A DNA stretch of 64,000 nucleotides from an uncultured bacterium (GTDB lineage Bacteria; Zixibacteria; MSB-5A5; CAIYYT01). Positions 41,417 through 52,522 of the stretch are shown piece after piece. The position numbers were made by a program, and so were the translations under genes. Position 1 is the first letter of the stretch. The number at the start of each line of letters is the position of its first letter. A model generated the notes under the pieces. That model was not told where the DNA came from, did no database searches, and saw only the letters and a program-made list of their open reading frames with translations. The stretch lies in contig CAVSCK010000004.1 of the NCBI GenBank assembly GCA_963726455.1, forward strand, positions 576,001-640,000. Reading direction: 5' to 3'.

Positions 41417-42337
41417 ATGCGAGTCTTTAACAACGTAGAAGCGGCATCCGAGTTCCTGAAAGATGGATCGGCGGTGACGATCGGCAGTTTCGACGGCATC
41501 CACATCGGTCATCAGCAGATCATTCGCGAATTAGCCGCCTGCGGCCGCAGGAACAATTCCAAGTCGGTAATGGTGACTTTCGATCCCCATCCACAGAAAG
41601 TCGTGTCGACCCGAGACGTGCCGCCGCTATTGACGACCACTGCTGAGAAATTACGGCTTTTGGAGAAAGAAACACTCGATGCAGTCGTCGTACTGAATTT
41701 CACCAAGGAACTTGCCGCGCTGGGTGCGCGCGAGTTTCTGGAGCGATTTCTGATTGAGGGTCTGTCCTGCCGCTGCATGGTGATCGGCACCAATCACGCA
41801 TTTGGACATAAGCGGGAGGGAAACGTTGATTTCCTGCGCGCAAACGCAGACCACTATGGTTATCATATGATCGCGCTTGAGCCCATCATGTTCGGGGATC
41901 GTCCAGTCGGAAGTATGCGCATACGCAAGGAAATCGCAGGTGGCGACTTCGCCTCGGCGCTGAGTATGCTGGGGCACGACCTCGAATTCGAGGGTAAGGT
42001 GGTGCGCGGTAAGGGGATCGGGAAGAGCTTGGGTTTTCCGACCATAAATGTTAAATTATCCCCGGAGAAGATCGTACCGCCCCCAGGCGTCTACGCGGCG
42101 TATAATATCATTGGTTCGCAGCGACGTTACGGGATGATGTACGTCGGCGACGCCGGCCAGGAATTCGCTTTCGAGGTCAACATCTTCGATTACGAGGGTG
42201 ACCTCTATGGTGACACGGTCAGCGTTTTTCCGACGGCATATATGAGAAATTCTATCCGGTTTGCCGATTCGCAATCGCTGAAGCGGCAGATAGCGCAAGA
42301 TGAAGTGAAAATTAGAGAATTGTTTAACATAACGTAA
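41417..42337 (+). CDS. ribF: Riboflavin kinase/FAD synthetase
   Basis: GSFDGIHIGH, TFDPHP, GFPT.N, E..IFD..GDLYG; conserved synteny. Confidence 0.9.
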   Translation: MRVFNNVEAASEFLKDGSAVTIGSFDGIHIGHQQIIRELAACGRRNNSKSVMVTFDPHPQKVVSTRDVPPLLTTTAEKLRLLEKETLDAVVVLNFTKELAALGAREFLERFLIEGLSCRCMVIGTNHAFGHKREGNVDFLRANADHYGYHMIALEPIMFGDRPVGSMRIRKEIAGGDFASALSMLGHDLEFEGKVVRGKGIGKSLGFPTINVKLSPEKIVPPPGVYAAYNIIGSQRRYGMMYVGDAGQEFAFEVNIFDYEGDLYGDTVSVFPTAYMRNSIRFADSQSLKRQIAQDEVKIRELFNIT

Positions 42338-42349
42338 GGAGTAACAAAA

Positions 42350-42619
42350 GTGCCATTGTCTGGAGACAAGAAGAAAGAGATCATCGATCATTTCCATCTG
42401 CATGATAAGGACACCGGTTCGCCGGAGGTGCAGATCGCGCTGCTGACGCAGCAAATCAACGAATTAACCCTCCACATGCAGAAACATCCCAAGGACCTGC
42501 ATTCACGTCACGGTCTGTTGAAGATGGTGGGCAAGAGGAGACGGCTACTTAACTACCTGCGCGATAGCGATATCGAGAGTTATCGCCACCTCGTGGAACA
42601 ATTAGACCTGCGCAGATAG
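42350..42619 (+). CDS. rpsO: 30S ribosomal protein S15
   Basis: [33 protein letters not shown]. Confidence 0.97.
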   Translation: MPLSGDKKKEIIDHFHLHDKDTGSPEVQIALLTQQINELTLHMQKHPKDLHSRHGLLKMVGKRRRLLNYLRDSDIESYRHLVEQLDLRR

Positions 42620-42643
42620 TGCTGAAAGAATAGGCAAGAACAA

Positions 42644-44827
42644 ATGGAAAAATTCGAATTAGAAATTGGCGGTCGGATCCTCTCAATCGAGGTCGGTCGG
42701 GTCGCTAAGCAAGCAAGCGGAGCATGCTGGGTACGCTATGGCGACACCATCAGCATGACTGCCGTTTGCGGCGCCGACAAACCTGATTTTAACAAGGGAT
42801 TCTTCCCGCTCTCGGTCGACTACCGTGAGAAGACTTATGCTGCCGGCAAGATACCGGGCGGCTTTTTCAAGCGCGAAGGACGACCCAGCGAGAAGGAAAT
42901 TCTCTCTGCCCGTTTAATCGACCGGCCACTCCGTCCGTTGTTCCCGGAAGGGTACATGAACGAAGTGCAGGTCATGGTAACCACGCTGTCGTCCGATCAG
43001 GAAAACGACGCCGATGTTCTCGGTATTATCGGCGCGTCTACCGCGATCCAAATTTCGACGATACCGTTCACCAGTTATGTCGCGGCCGTGCGTGTCGGGA
43101 TGATCAACGGCGAATTCGTCGTCAATCCGACGTTCACACAACTGGAGGAATCGACCCTAAATCTCGTTATCGCCGCCACACCGGACCATATCACGATGGT
43201 CGAGGGTGGCTGTAATGAAATCAGTGAAGAAGACCTCATCAAAGCGCTGTCATTCGGTCATGAACAAATCCGCAAGATTTGTGACTTGATCAAACAGGTG
43301 CGCGACAAGGTTGGCAAAGAAAAAGCGCCGGTCATTCTGGCGGAAATTCCGAAGGATCTCAAGGCGCGCGTGGAGAAGCTCGCCAAGCAGCGCATTATCG
43401 ATTCGCACGAGATCGTTGATAAACAGGGGCACTCGGATGCTGTCAAGAAGATCGCCGAGGAGACTCAAACGGCTTTGGCCGAGGAATTCCCCGAGTGCGA
43501 GACGTTTATCAAACAGTATCTCGAAGAGCACGAGTCCGCTGATTTACGGCGTCGCATTCTCGACAACTCCAAACGCGTCGACGGCCGCGGGCCCGATGTA
43601 ATTCGCCCGGTCACCTGCGAGGTTGGAGTGCTGCCGCGCACGCATGGTTCAGCGTTGTTTACGCGCGGCCAGACGCAGGCGCTGGTGGTGGCCACGCTTG
43701 GCACCAAGCTGGACGAGCAGATCATCGACGCTTTGGAAGGCGAGTCGACCAAGAGCTACATGCTGCACTACAATTTCCCACCGTTTGCGACCGGCGAAGT
43801 GAAGCCGGTACGCGGGCCGGGACGCCGCGAAATCGGTCACGGCGCATTGGCGGAGCGCTCTTTGCAGGCGGTATTGCCGGCGGAGGGTACTTTCCCATAT
43901 ACGATCCGTTTGGTTTCCGACATTCTCGAATCCAACGGTTCCTCGTCGATGGCGACCGTATGCGGTGGCGCGCTGGCATTAATGGATGCCGGAGTGCCGA
44001 TCAAGTCGCCGGTGGCGGGAATTGCGATGGGACTGATTCTCGAAGGCAGCCGTTACAGTATTCTCACCGATATTCTCGGCTCCGAGGATCATTTCGGCGA
44101 TATGGACTTCAAAGTTGCCGGCACGCGCGAAGGTATCACGGCGTTCCAGCTTGATATCAAGATCGGCGGCCTGACGCTGGAGATCATGCGCGACGCGCTC
44201 GAACGCGCGCGCCAGGCACGGTTGAAATTGCTCGACATCATGACTCAGACAATTGCCGAGCCGCGCAATGACATATCTGTTTATGCACCGCGTATTATTA
44301 CCATCAAGATCAATCCGCAGCGTATCGGTGAAGTCATCGGCCCAGGCGGCAAGATGATTCGTTCGATCATCGAGCAGACCGGCGCCAAGATTGATATCGA
44401 AGATGACGGGACAGTTCAAATCGCTTCCGTGGAAGCTGAAGGCGGCCTCAAGGCGCGGGATATCATCCTGGCGATGATCGAAGAGCCGGAGGTCAACAAG
44501 GTGTACCAGGGCAAGGTGAAACGCATTGCCGAGTTCGGCGCTTTTGTCGAGATCATTCCCAACACCGACGGCTTGCTGCATGTCTCCGAAATCGCGCATC
44601 ATCGCGTGGAGCGTGTGGAAGACGAACTCGCTGTGGGCGACATCGTCGAAGTAAAAGTGCTGGCGGTTGAGCCCGACGGCAGGATCCGTTTGTCCCGCAA
44701 GGCGCTGACTCCACGGCCGGAAGGCATGGAGCCGGAACGCGAACGCCCCAGCCGTCCCGGCGGAGGCGGCGGTCCACGGCGCGGCGGTGACGGTCGAGGT
44801 TTCGATCGCAAGGGGGGGCGTCATTAA
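42644..44827 (+). CDS. pnp: Polyribonucleotide nucleotidyltransferase
   Basis: GKIPGGFFKREG, RREIGHG, SNGSSSMA, GDMDFKVAG, KH and S1 domains. Confidence 0.98.
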   Translation: MEKFELEIGGRILSIEVGRVAKQASGACWVRYGDTISMTAVCGADKPDFNKGFFPLSVDYREKTYAAGKIPGGFFKREGRPSEKEILSARLIDRPLRPLFPEGYMNEVQVMVTTLSSDQENDADVLGIIGASTAIQISTIPFTSYVAAVRVGMINGEFVVNPTFTQLEESTLNLVIAATPDHITMVEGGCNEISEEDLIKALSFGHEQIRKICDLIKQVRDKVGKEKAPVILAEIPKDLKARVEKLAKQRIIDSHEIVDKQGHSDAVKKIAEETQTALAEEFPECETFIKQYLEEHESADLRRRILDNSKRVDGRGPDVIRPVTCEVGVLPRTHGSALFTRGQTQALVVATLGTKLDEQIIDALEGESTKSYMLHYNFPPFATGEVKPVRGPGRREIGHGALAERSLQAVLPAEGTFPYTIRLVSDILESNGSSSMATVCGGALALMDAGVPIKSPVAGIAMGLILEGSRYSILTDILGSEDHFGDMDFKVAGTREGITAFQLDIKIGGLTLEIMRDALERARQARLKLLDIMTQTIAEPRNDISVYAPRIITIKINPQRIGEVIGPGGKMIRSIIEQTGAKIDIEDDGTVQIASVEAEGGLKARDIILAMIEEPEVNKVYQGKVKRIAEFGAFVEIIPNTDGLLHVSEIAHHRVERVEDELAVGDIVEVKVLAVEPDGRIRLSRKALTPRPEGMEPERERPSRPGGGGGPRRGGDGRGFDRKGGRH

Positions 44828-46102
44828 TTGACGAAAACATTTCGACGCACGGTCCTCGATAACGGATTGCGCGTCGTGAGTGAACAGATGCCGAACGTGA
44901 AATCAGTCTCGGTCGGCATCTGGATAGATGTTGGCAGCCGTAATGAGACTCCCAAGGAGAACGGCTGCTCTCATTTTATCGAGCATATGTGTTTCAAAGG
45001 GACGCGCCGGCGCAACGCCAAAGAGATTGCTCAAACGCTGGAAAATCTCGGCGGCACGCTGAACGCGTTTACGACGCGCGAAAACACCTGCTTTTACGCG
45101 CGCGTTCTGGATGAGCATTTCGAGATCGGTTTCGATGTTCTGGCAGACATCACCACGCAGTCCGTGTTTGATCCTGTCGAATTCAAGAAAGAGAAAGATG
45201 TAATCTGCGAGGAAATCAAGGACGTCTACGACACGCCGAGCGATGTCGTACATGACTACTTTGCCGAAGCGATCTGGGATTCGCATCCACTTGGCCAGCC
45301 GATTATGGGAAATGCCAAAGGTATCAAGGCGATGGAGCGCCGCGATGTCCTTGAATTCGTGCGGCGGCACTATACAACCGACAGCATTGTGCTGGCGGCG
45401 GCAGGAGCGGTTGACCACGACCATCTGGTGGAACTTGCGCAAAAGCAATTGTCGTTTCCCAAACCCGGTGCCGGCCGGAAGGTGAAACCGCCGGCATACA
45501 AGCCGGGCGGACTGACGATCAAACGCCGCAAGCTGACGCAGACGCACATTTGCATCGGCTTTCCCAGTATCGACTTTGCCCATCCGAAGAAGTATCACGC
45601 GCTGTTGCTCAATACTCTGCTGGGCGCGGGTATGGGATCGCGTCTGTTCCAGAGCGTGCGCGAGGAACGCGGTCTCGTTTACACGATCTATTCGTATCAG
45701 GACTTCTATCATGACACGGGCATTTTCGGACTATACCTCGGTTGCGATTCCAAGAAGACAGTTGAGGCCGTTGGTCTGGCGCTCAAGGAGCTCGCGGCCG
45801 TCAAGGTGGATTCGGTTACTGAAGAAGAGGTCGCAATGGCCAAGTCGCAACTTAAGGGCAGTCTGATTCTTTCGCTGGAAGGATCATACAATCGCATGAA
45901 TCGGCTGGGACGCTTCGAATTGTTTCGGCAGCCGCTGGTCACACTCGATCAAACCGCCGCTGAGATTGATGCAGTCACGCTCGAGGATGTGCGCACGGTC
46001 GCCCGCGAAATTCTGCGCGGGGATTACATGACGATTGTGGCGATGGGTCCGATCAGCGGCAGAGCCCTCAAGCAAATCGACTGGTCGGTACTTAAAGATT
46101 GA
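44828..46102 (+). CDS. M16 family zinc peptidase
   Basis: HFIEHM inverted zincin motif, NAFT, SRLFQ.VRE.RGL.Y; conserved position after pnp. Confidence 0.92.
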   Translation: MTKTFRRTVLDNGLRVVSEQMPNVKSVSVGIWIDVGSRNETPKENGCSHFIEHMCFKGTRRRNAKEIAQTLENLGGTLNAFTTRENTCFYARVLDEHFEIGFDVLADITTQSVFDPVEFKKEKDVICEEIKDVYDTPSDVVHDYFAEAIWDSHPLGQPIMGNAKGIKAMERRDVLEFVRRHYTTDSIVLAAAGAVDHDHLVELAQKQLSFPKPGAGRKVKPPAYKPGGLTIKRRKLTQTHICIGFPSIDFAHPKKYHALLLNTLLGAGMGSRLFQSVREERGLVYTIYSYQDFYHDTGIFGLYLGCDSKKTVEAVGLALKELAAVKVDSVTEEEVAMAKSQLKGSLILSLEGSYNRMNRLGRFELFRQPLVTLDQTAAEIDAVTLEDVRTVAREILRGDYMTIVAMGPISGRALKQIDWSVLKD

Positions 46103-46933
46103 TGATTATCGTTTGGTGTATAGCCGGCCTGGTCCTGCTGCTTCTCGTGATCTCACCTTTCCTTCGCAATCGTCTTAATGCCGGACCGCACCTGCTCGCA
46201 TTACACAGTATCCAACCGCGAGCGCTGGATTTCAGTTCAATCTCCCTCGATTCGTTTAATACTGTCCTTCAGAAATGCGCGGAGCGCGGACTCAAGTTCG
46301 GCACCATCGCGCAAGCGATCTGCCGACGATAGCTGCGTGGCGCTGACGTTCGACGACGGTTATGACGATCTCATGCAACTCCTGGCGGTAATTTCACAGC
46401 GGGGAATACCGATCACGGTTTTCGTGCCGACGGCATTCATCGGCAAATCGAATTCCTGGGATAATTTCCTGAATCGTAACCAGCGGCGTCATTTGTCTGA
46501 AACACAAATCAAGCAACTGGCGGCCGCCGGAGTCGAATTTGGCTCGCACACTCATTCGCACTGTGACCTGTCGAGATTGAGCGATGCTGCCATCGAACAT
46601 GAATTGCGCGAATCAAAGCGCATACTGGAATCATTGACCGACAGGGAAGTACGCTATATCGGATATCCCTTTGGTCGCTGCGATAATCGGGTTGTCGCAA
46701 TCGCCAAGAAGTTGGGATATCGGAATGGATTTTGGTCGGCGCCGCACAAGTCCGACGGCTTCAACTTCGGACGAACAGCGCTCAATCGATTCGATTCGCC
46801 GATTACGATCAGGGCCAAACTCTGGCCGGGACTGCTGTCCGGCGCCGAGTATCTCAAATGCCTGGTCATCAATCGCTTTTCACACCTCACGCCTTTGGTG
46901 GCGCGGTTCAGTTCACGCTCCGACAGCCGATAA
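46102..46933 (+). CDS. Membrane-anchored polysaccharide deacetylase, frameshifted near 46321
   Basis: TM helix plus LALHSI in one frame; LTFDDGY, GSHTHSH and YPFG in the next; deleting one T joins them. Confidence 0.7.
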
Positions 46934-47017
46934 TCAGACTAAGCGAAAAAAAACTTGCGCAGGGGCTGAATTGTTCTATTTTCCGCAGTAATTTTCAAAG
47001 GTGAAAGTCAGAGCCAT

Positions 47018-48312
47018 ATGACGACATGCTATATCGAAGACATCGCCAACCACATCGGCGAAGAAGTCACACTCAAGGGCTGGGTTTACAATACACGTTC
47101 GTCCGGCAAGGTTCGATTCATCATCTTCCGTGATGGCACCGGCATGATCCAGGCCGTGCTGGCGAAAGGCGAAACTCCGGAAGAGGACTTCGCCAAATTC
47201 GAACAGCTCACTCAGGAAACGTCGATCATGATCACCGGTCCGGTGAAAGAAGAACCGCGCGCCGAGGGCGGTTTCGAGATGATGGTGAAGAAACTGGAAG
47301 TCGTGCAGGTAGCGGAGAATTATCCGATCTCACCGAAAGAGCACACGACCGGATTTCTGATGGCGAATCGTCATCTCTGGCTTCGTTCGCGAGACAATAT
47401 CATATTCTCCGCGTCCGCAATGAGATCATTCAGGCCATTCGCCAGTTCTTCTACGAGCGCGGATACATCCTGATCGACACGCCCATTCTCACCGGGTCAA
47501 TCGGCGAGGGCGCATCGACACTCTTCGAGACACAGTATTTTGATCTCGGCAAAGCGTACCTGGCGCAGACCGGGCAACTGTATCTGGAAGCCGCTTGCAT
47601 GGCGCACGGAAAAGTCTACTGTTTTGGACCGACGTTCCGCGCCGAAAAATCGAAGACGCGACGGCATCTGACAGAATTCTGGATGATCGAGGCGGAAGTT
47701 GCCTACATGGAACTCGCGGGCGACATGGATCTGCAGGAAGACATGATCTGCTATATTTTGGAATGGGTGTTGGATAAATGCTCAGACCATCTGGTCGAAC
47801 TCCAGCGCGATCTTATGCCGTTGATTTCCGTCAAGAAGCCGTTCTATCGCGTCAGTTATGACGAAGCCGTGCAGAAACTGCAGGAGGCCGGTTCGCAAAT
47901 TCAGTGGGGAGCTGACCTGGGCGGCGAAGACGAGACGATCCTGACGAAGATGTACGACCGTCCGATTTTTGTGTACAACTATCCGCGCGATGCCAAAGCG
48001 TTCTATATGAAACGCAATCCGGATAATCCCAAGACCGTGCTATGCGCCGATCTGCTGGCGCCGGAGGGTTACGGAGAAATCATCGGCGGTTCGCAACGCG
48101 AAGATAATTATGATTACCTGGTCGAAGCGATCAAGCGGCACAATCTGCCGCTGGAACCTTTCGGCTGGTACTTGGATTTACGTAAGTATGGTTCGGTGCC
48201 GCATTCCGGTTTCGGGCTCGGCATCGAACGTACCGTGGCGTGGATTTGCGGCCTGCCGCACGTGCGCGAGACCATTCCGTTTGCGCGCATGTTATATCGC
48301 CTTTACCCTTGA
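47018..48312 (+). CDS. asnS: Asparagine--tRNA ligase, with one base missing near 47390
   Basis: GWV...R..GK..F..RDG; after the shift [43 protein letters not shown]. Confidence 0.93.
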
Positions 48313-48392
48313 TGTGATTGTGACAATAGGCAATCGCGGGGGTGTTCGGGTGGATGTCCCCGCGTTGTTATTTTAGCAAGAGATGATTTGAT

Positions 48393-50906
48393 ATGTCGAC
48401 TGAACGTGAAGCTCATGCGGATGTAAGAGCGGGATATGATTTCGCCCGCATCGATAAGAAGTGGCAGCAGAAGTGGGAGGAGACCAAACTCTTTCACACC
48501 AGTGAACATCCCAGGGACAAATATTATGTCCTGGTCATGTTTGCCTATCCCTCCGGTGACATTCACATGGGACACTTCCGCAATTACACCATCGGCGATG
48601 CGGTCGCGCATTACCAGATGATGAACGGCAAGGACATTTTCCATCCGTTCGGCTGGGACGCGTTTGGGCTGCCTGCGGAACAGGCCGCAATCAAAGGCGG
48701 CAAGCATCCGCGTGACTGGACGCTGAACAATATCAGTGTTTCGCGTGCGACACTCAAGAAAGTCGGTATCTCTTTCGACTGGGATCGCGAAGTCATCTCC
48801 TGTCTGCCGGACTATTACCGCTGGAACCAATGGCTGTTCCTGCAGATGTTCGAACGCGGGCTGGCGTATCGCAAGGAATCACTCGTTAATTTCTGTTATA
48901 CTTGCAACACCGTGCTTGCCAATGAGCAGGTTGAAACGGACGGCACCTGCTGGCGCTGTCACAATCCTGTCGGCAAGAAGCGGCTGAATCAATGGTATTT
49001 CCGCATCACCGATTACGCCGAGCGGCTGCTGGAAGGCCTGGACCGCCTCGATGGCTGGTCCGACCGCGTCAAGACGATGCAGCGAAACTGGATCGGCAAG
49101 TCAATCGGCTGTGAAATCGTCTTCAAGCTGGAGAATTCTTCGGTGGAGATTCCAGTGTTCACCACCCGCCCCGATACCATATTCGGGGTGACCTTCATGG
49201 CGATCGCGCCCGAAGCTGAACTGGTGACGAAACTGAATATTCCGGCTGATCGCAAGAAGACAGTCGAGGAATACATCGCCAAGTCGATTGCCAAATCGGA
49301 AATCGAACGCCAGGCCGAGACCGGCGAGAAAGACGGCGTCTTCACGGGACTGCATGCCATCAATCCGCTCAACGGGGAGCGAGTTCAACTGTGGATAGGG
49401 GACTATGTTCTTGCGTCGTACGGCACCGGCGTCGTTATGGGTGTGCCGGCGCACGATTCCCGCGACTTCGTCTTTGCGCATAAGTATAGCATTCCGATTC
49501 GCGTCGTTATCAAGCCGCAGGGACAGCCCGAGCCCAAGACACCCGACGCCATGACTGAGGCCTATGTTGATCTCGGAGAAATGTGTAATTCGGGCGAGTT
49601 CAACGGCAAGGTCGGCGAGGAAGCTATCGAGGCCGTGGTGCAATATGTCGAGTCGAAGAAGATCGGCCGCAAGAAGATCAATTTCAAACTGCGCGACTGG
49701 CTGCTCTCACGCCAGCGCTACTGGGGGACACCGATTCCGATCGTACATTGCCCCGACCACGGCGAAGTGGCGGTGCCGTACGATCAACTGCCGCTGGAAC
49801 TGCCGACCGAGGGGGTCGATTATATTCCCAAGGGACGTTCGCCGCTCGAAGATGTCCCGGAGTGGATCAACACGACCTGTCCCAAATGCGGTAAGCCGGC
49901 CAGGCGCGATGCCGATACTATGGATACATTTGTCGACTCTTCGTGGTATATGCTTCGCTACACTGATAACCGCAATGACAAGGCCATCTTTGACGCGGCC
50001 AAGGCCAATACCTGGATGCCTGTCGACCTGTATATCGGCGGCATCGAGCACGCTACCGGCCATCTGATCTATTTTCGCTTTTTCACCAAATTTCTGCACG
50101 ATATCGGTTATCTGACCGCCGATGAGCCGGCCCTGAAGCTGTTCAATCACGGCATGGTTATGGATGCCAAGGGCGTGATCATGTCCAAATCGCTTGGCAA
50201 TGTTGTCAGCCCGATGGAACTGATCGAAACCCGCGGTGTCGACACTTGCCGGCTGGCGATGTTCTTTGCAGCGCCATCGGATCGAGAAATTCCGTGGTCC
50301 AATGAAGGACTTACCGGCGTTGAACGCTTCCTGGCCAAATTCTACCGGACGATCGAGCAGGTGGCCGCGGGAGGCGGGAAAATCGATCTCCAGCATAGAT
50401 TCGCCACGACCGAGCTGTCGGGAGCTGCCAAAGAGACATACATTCTGCTCAATCAGACGATCAAGAAGGTCTCCGATGATATGAGCCGCATGCAGTTCAA
50501 TACCTGCATCGCAGCCATCATGGAATTTTTCGGGAAATTCGAGTCGGCAGGCGCGCTGGATCCGAGCTTCAACCGTTACATCATATCCAAGATGGTGCAA
50601 CTGATCGCGCCACTGGCGCCGCATTTTGCCGAAGAGGCCTGGGAGATGCTGGGCAACTCGACGTCAGTCTTTAAGTCCGCCTGGCCGCAAGCCGACCGCG
50701 ACGCGATACAGTTCAGCACGGTAACCGTGGTCGTCCAGGTGAACGGCAAGGTTCGCTGCGAACTGGAGATTGCGCGCGGAGCCGACGAAGCCACTGTAAG
50801 AGAGCTGGCGCTGGCAAACGACAAGGTGACGAAGTATATCGAGGGCAAGCAGATCGCCAAGCTGATTTACGTCAAGGACAAGCTCATAAGCATAGCCGTA
50901 AAGTGA
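48393..50906 (+). CDS. leuS: Leucine--tRNA ligase
   Basis: YPSG.IHMGH, GWDAFGLPAE, SRQRYWG.P, MSKS.GN. Confidence 0.97.
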   Translation: MSTEREAHADVRAGYDFARIDKKWQQKWEETKLFHTSEHPRDKYYVLVMFAYPSGDIHMGHFRNYTIGDAVAHYQMMNGKDIFHPFGWDAFGLPAEQAAIKGGKHPRDWTLNNISVSRATLKKVGISFDWDREVISCLPDYYRWNQWLFLQMFERGLAYRKESLVNFCYTCNTVLANEQVETDGTCWRCHNPVGKKRLNQWYFRITDYAERLLEGLDRLDGWSDRVKTMQRNWIGKSIGCEIVFKLENSSVEIPVFTTRPDTIFGVTFMAIAPEAELVTKLNIPADRKKTVEEYIAKSIAKSEIERQAETGEKDGVFTGLHAINPLNGERVQLWIGDYVLASYGTGVVMGVPAHDSRDFVFAHKYSIPIRVVIKPQGQPEPKTPDAMTEAYVDLGEMCNSGEFNGKVGEEAIEAVVQYVESKKIGRKKINFKLRDWLLSRQRYWGTPIPIVHCPDHGEVAVPYDQLPLELPTEGVDYIPKGRSPLEDVPEWINTTCPKCGKPARRDADTMDTFVDSSWYMLRYTDNRNDKAIFDAAKANTWMPVDLYIGGIEHATGHLIYFRFFTKFLHDIGYLTADEPALKLFNHGMVMDAKGVIMSKSLGNVVSPMELIETRGVDTCRLAMFFAAPSDREIPWSNEGLTGVERFLAKFYRTIEQVAAGGGKIDLQHRFATTELSGAAKETYILLNQTIKKVSDDMSRMQFNTCIAAIMEFFGKFESAGALDPSFNRYIISKMVQLIAPLAPHFAEEAWEMLGNSTSVFKSAWPQADRDAIQFSTVTVVVQVNGKVRCELEIARGADEATVRELALANDKVTKYIEGKQIAKLIYVKDKLISIAVK

Positions 50907-51272
50907 TCTAGGCAGTCGGTAGGGGCGGTTGTAACGACCGGTGCCCGCCAAACTGCTAGTAGTCTATTCCGCATCTTTATATAATATATCTTATCAGACG
51001 TTATCTGGTGAACGGGGAAGCAGCTCGGGCGCCGGCTCGCCACTCGATTATTTGCCCCCTGCTGACGTTGTGACCGGCGACGGTTGATTTGGCGAACGCT
51101 CCAGCTCGTCTCCACTGGACATATAATTGAGATCAGGCAACCAACAAGCTATGGGAGCATTCCCATACTTTGAAAATTCACACGCTTGCCATACAGGAAC
51201 TATCACTTTATGCGACGCGCCTAAGCACCACAACTACAATGGTTTCGCCAGCGTCAACTCTAGTATAGCCGG

Positions 51273-51289
51273 ATGGCTTGCTTGTTGCT
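51273..51289 (+). promoter_or_regulatory. Sigma54-type promoter upstream of the minor pilin operon
   Basis: ATGGCTTGCTTGTTGCT, GG-N10-GC, about 40 nt before ATG 51326. Confidence 0.55.
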
Positions 51290-51325
51290 TTGAATATGCC
51301 GGAATTGGAACGTGTGAGGTTTATA

Positions 51326-51685
51326 ATGAAGTTAAAGAAGTCAGACGGCTTTACCCTACTTGAGGTTATGATCGGGCTGATAATTTTCAGTCTCGGAATG
51401 CTGCTGCTCGGATCGCTGACCGTGGTGGCGTTGCGCGGGAACACCTGGTCGAACAAGACGACCCAGGTGGTTCAGTTGATGCGCGACAAGATCGAGGATT
51501 TCCGTGACGCCGATGTGGCTGATATGGCCAACGGTAGTGACGCGGTTAACGGCCTGAACCGGCAGTGGACGTTTGAGGATATCACTACGAACCTCAAGAA
51601 GATTACTGTCGTGGTAAGCTGGGAAGACCGGCAGGCCATCGCACGCAGGTGCAGCACGGTAACCTACATATCGGCTGGGAGTTAG
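51326..51685 (+). CDS. Type IV minor pilin, PilV-like
   Basis: G/FTLLEVMI prepilin cleavage site; R.W.....LK.ITV.VSW. Confidence 0.88.
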   Translation: MKLKKSDGFTLLEVMIGLIIFSLGMLLLGSLTVVALRGNTWSNKTTQVVQLMRDKIEDFRDADVADMANGSDAVNGLNRQWTFEDITTNLKKITVVVSWEDRQAIARRCSTVTYISAGS

Positions 51686-51686
51686 T

Positions 51687-52505
51687 ATGGGTAAACTGAA
51701 GGTAATTATGAAGGGCATCGGCGGCTTCACGCTCATAGAAGTGCTGATTGCCGCGCTGATAGGCAGCATTGCCGTGACAGCCGGCTTCAAACTCTTTGTG
51801 GACCAGAACAAGAGCCACATTATACAGTCGAACATATCCGACATGCAGCAGAACGGCCGTTCCGCAATTGATGAGTTGGTTGACATGATCCGCCAGGCGG
51901 GATATAAGCTCCCCCCAGGTGTTCCCTGCATCCAAAGCTGGGACTCTAATCCTGACACAATTGCCATTACGTTCATGGCTGAGCCGATTTGTTCTGCGCG
52001 ACTGAGCGATCCGATGCCACAGCCGTCGGCAGAACTGAAATGTCTCAACAGCGATCTCACCGTATTTCGCGAAAACACTTGGGCATATATTTACGATCCG
52101 GCAACACAAACGGGTGAATTCTTCTTCATCACTGCGGTTCAGACAGCTTCTTTTCACATTCAGCACAATCTTGCCCAGCTGTCCAAGAGTTATCCTGCGA
52201 ACTCGCAGGTGTTCATGTTGGATTTCTACAAGTTCTACGTCGACAACACGGACACCGTTCATTCGCCATTCATGATGATGAAGAACGGTGATCCTCCGGT
52301 AATTTACTCTGACAATATTGACGACCTGCAATTTCGGTATGTCGCAGCCAACGGTACAGTGGCGGACACGGTTGCATGGGACCGGATGATACGTGAGGTG
52401 CAAGTGCAACTGGTCGCACGTACCGAAAAGAGTGACTTGTTCCTGCACGACTATCGGCGCGACACACTGACCACCCGGGTTATGGTTCGTAATCTCGGGA
52501 TGTAA
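51687..52505 (+). CDS. Type IV minor pilin, PilW-like
   Basis: G/FTLIEVLIA, QQNGR.A...L...IRQAGY, LQFRY, C-terminal RN. Confidence 0.88.
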   Translation: MGKLKVIMKGIGGFTLIEVLIAALIGSIAVTAGFKLFVDQNKSHIIQSNISDMQQNGRSAIDELVDMIRQAGYKLPPGVPCIQSWDSNPDTIAITFMAEPICSARLSDPMPQPSAELKCLNSDLTVFRENTWAYIYDPATQTGEFFFITAVQTASFHIQHNLAQLSKSYPANSQVFMLDFYKFYVDNTDTVHSPFMMMKNGDPPVIYSDNIDDLQFRYVAANGTVADTVAWDRMIREVQVQLVARTEKSDLFLHDYRRDTLTTRVMVRNLGM

Positions 52506-52522
52506 GTAAAGTGAGGTTTGAG

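Noticed and set aside
50170-50200. LeuRS IMSKS instead of KMSKS
   Set aside because: The first position varies in LeuRS, and the catalytic second Lys is retained.
50918-50950. GTAGGGGCGG REP-like start after leuS
   Set aside because: Single imperfect copy with a weak stem.
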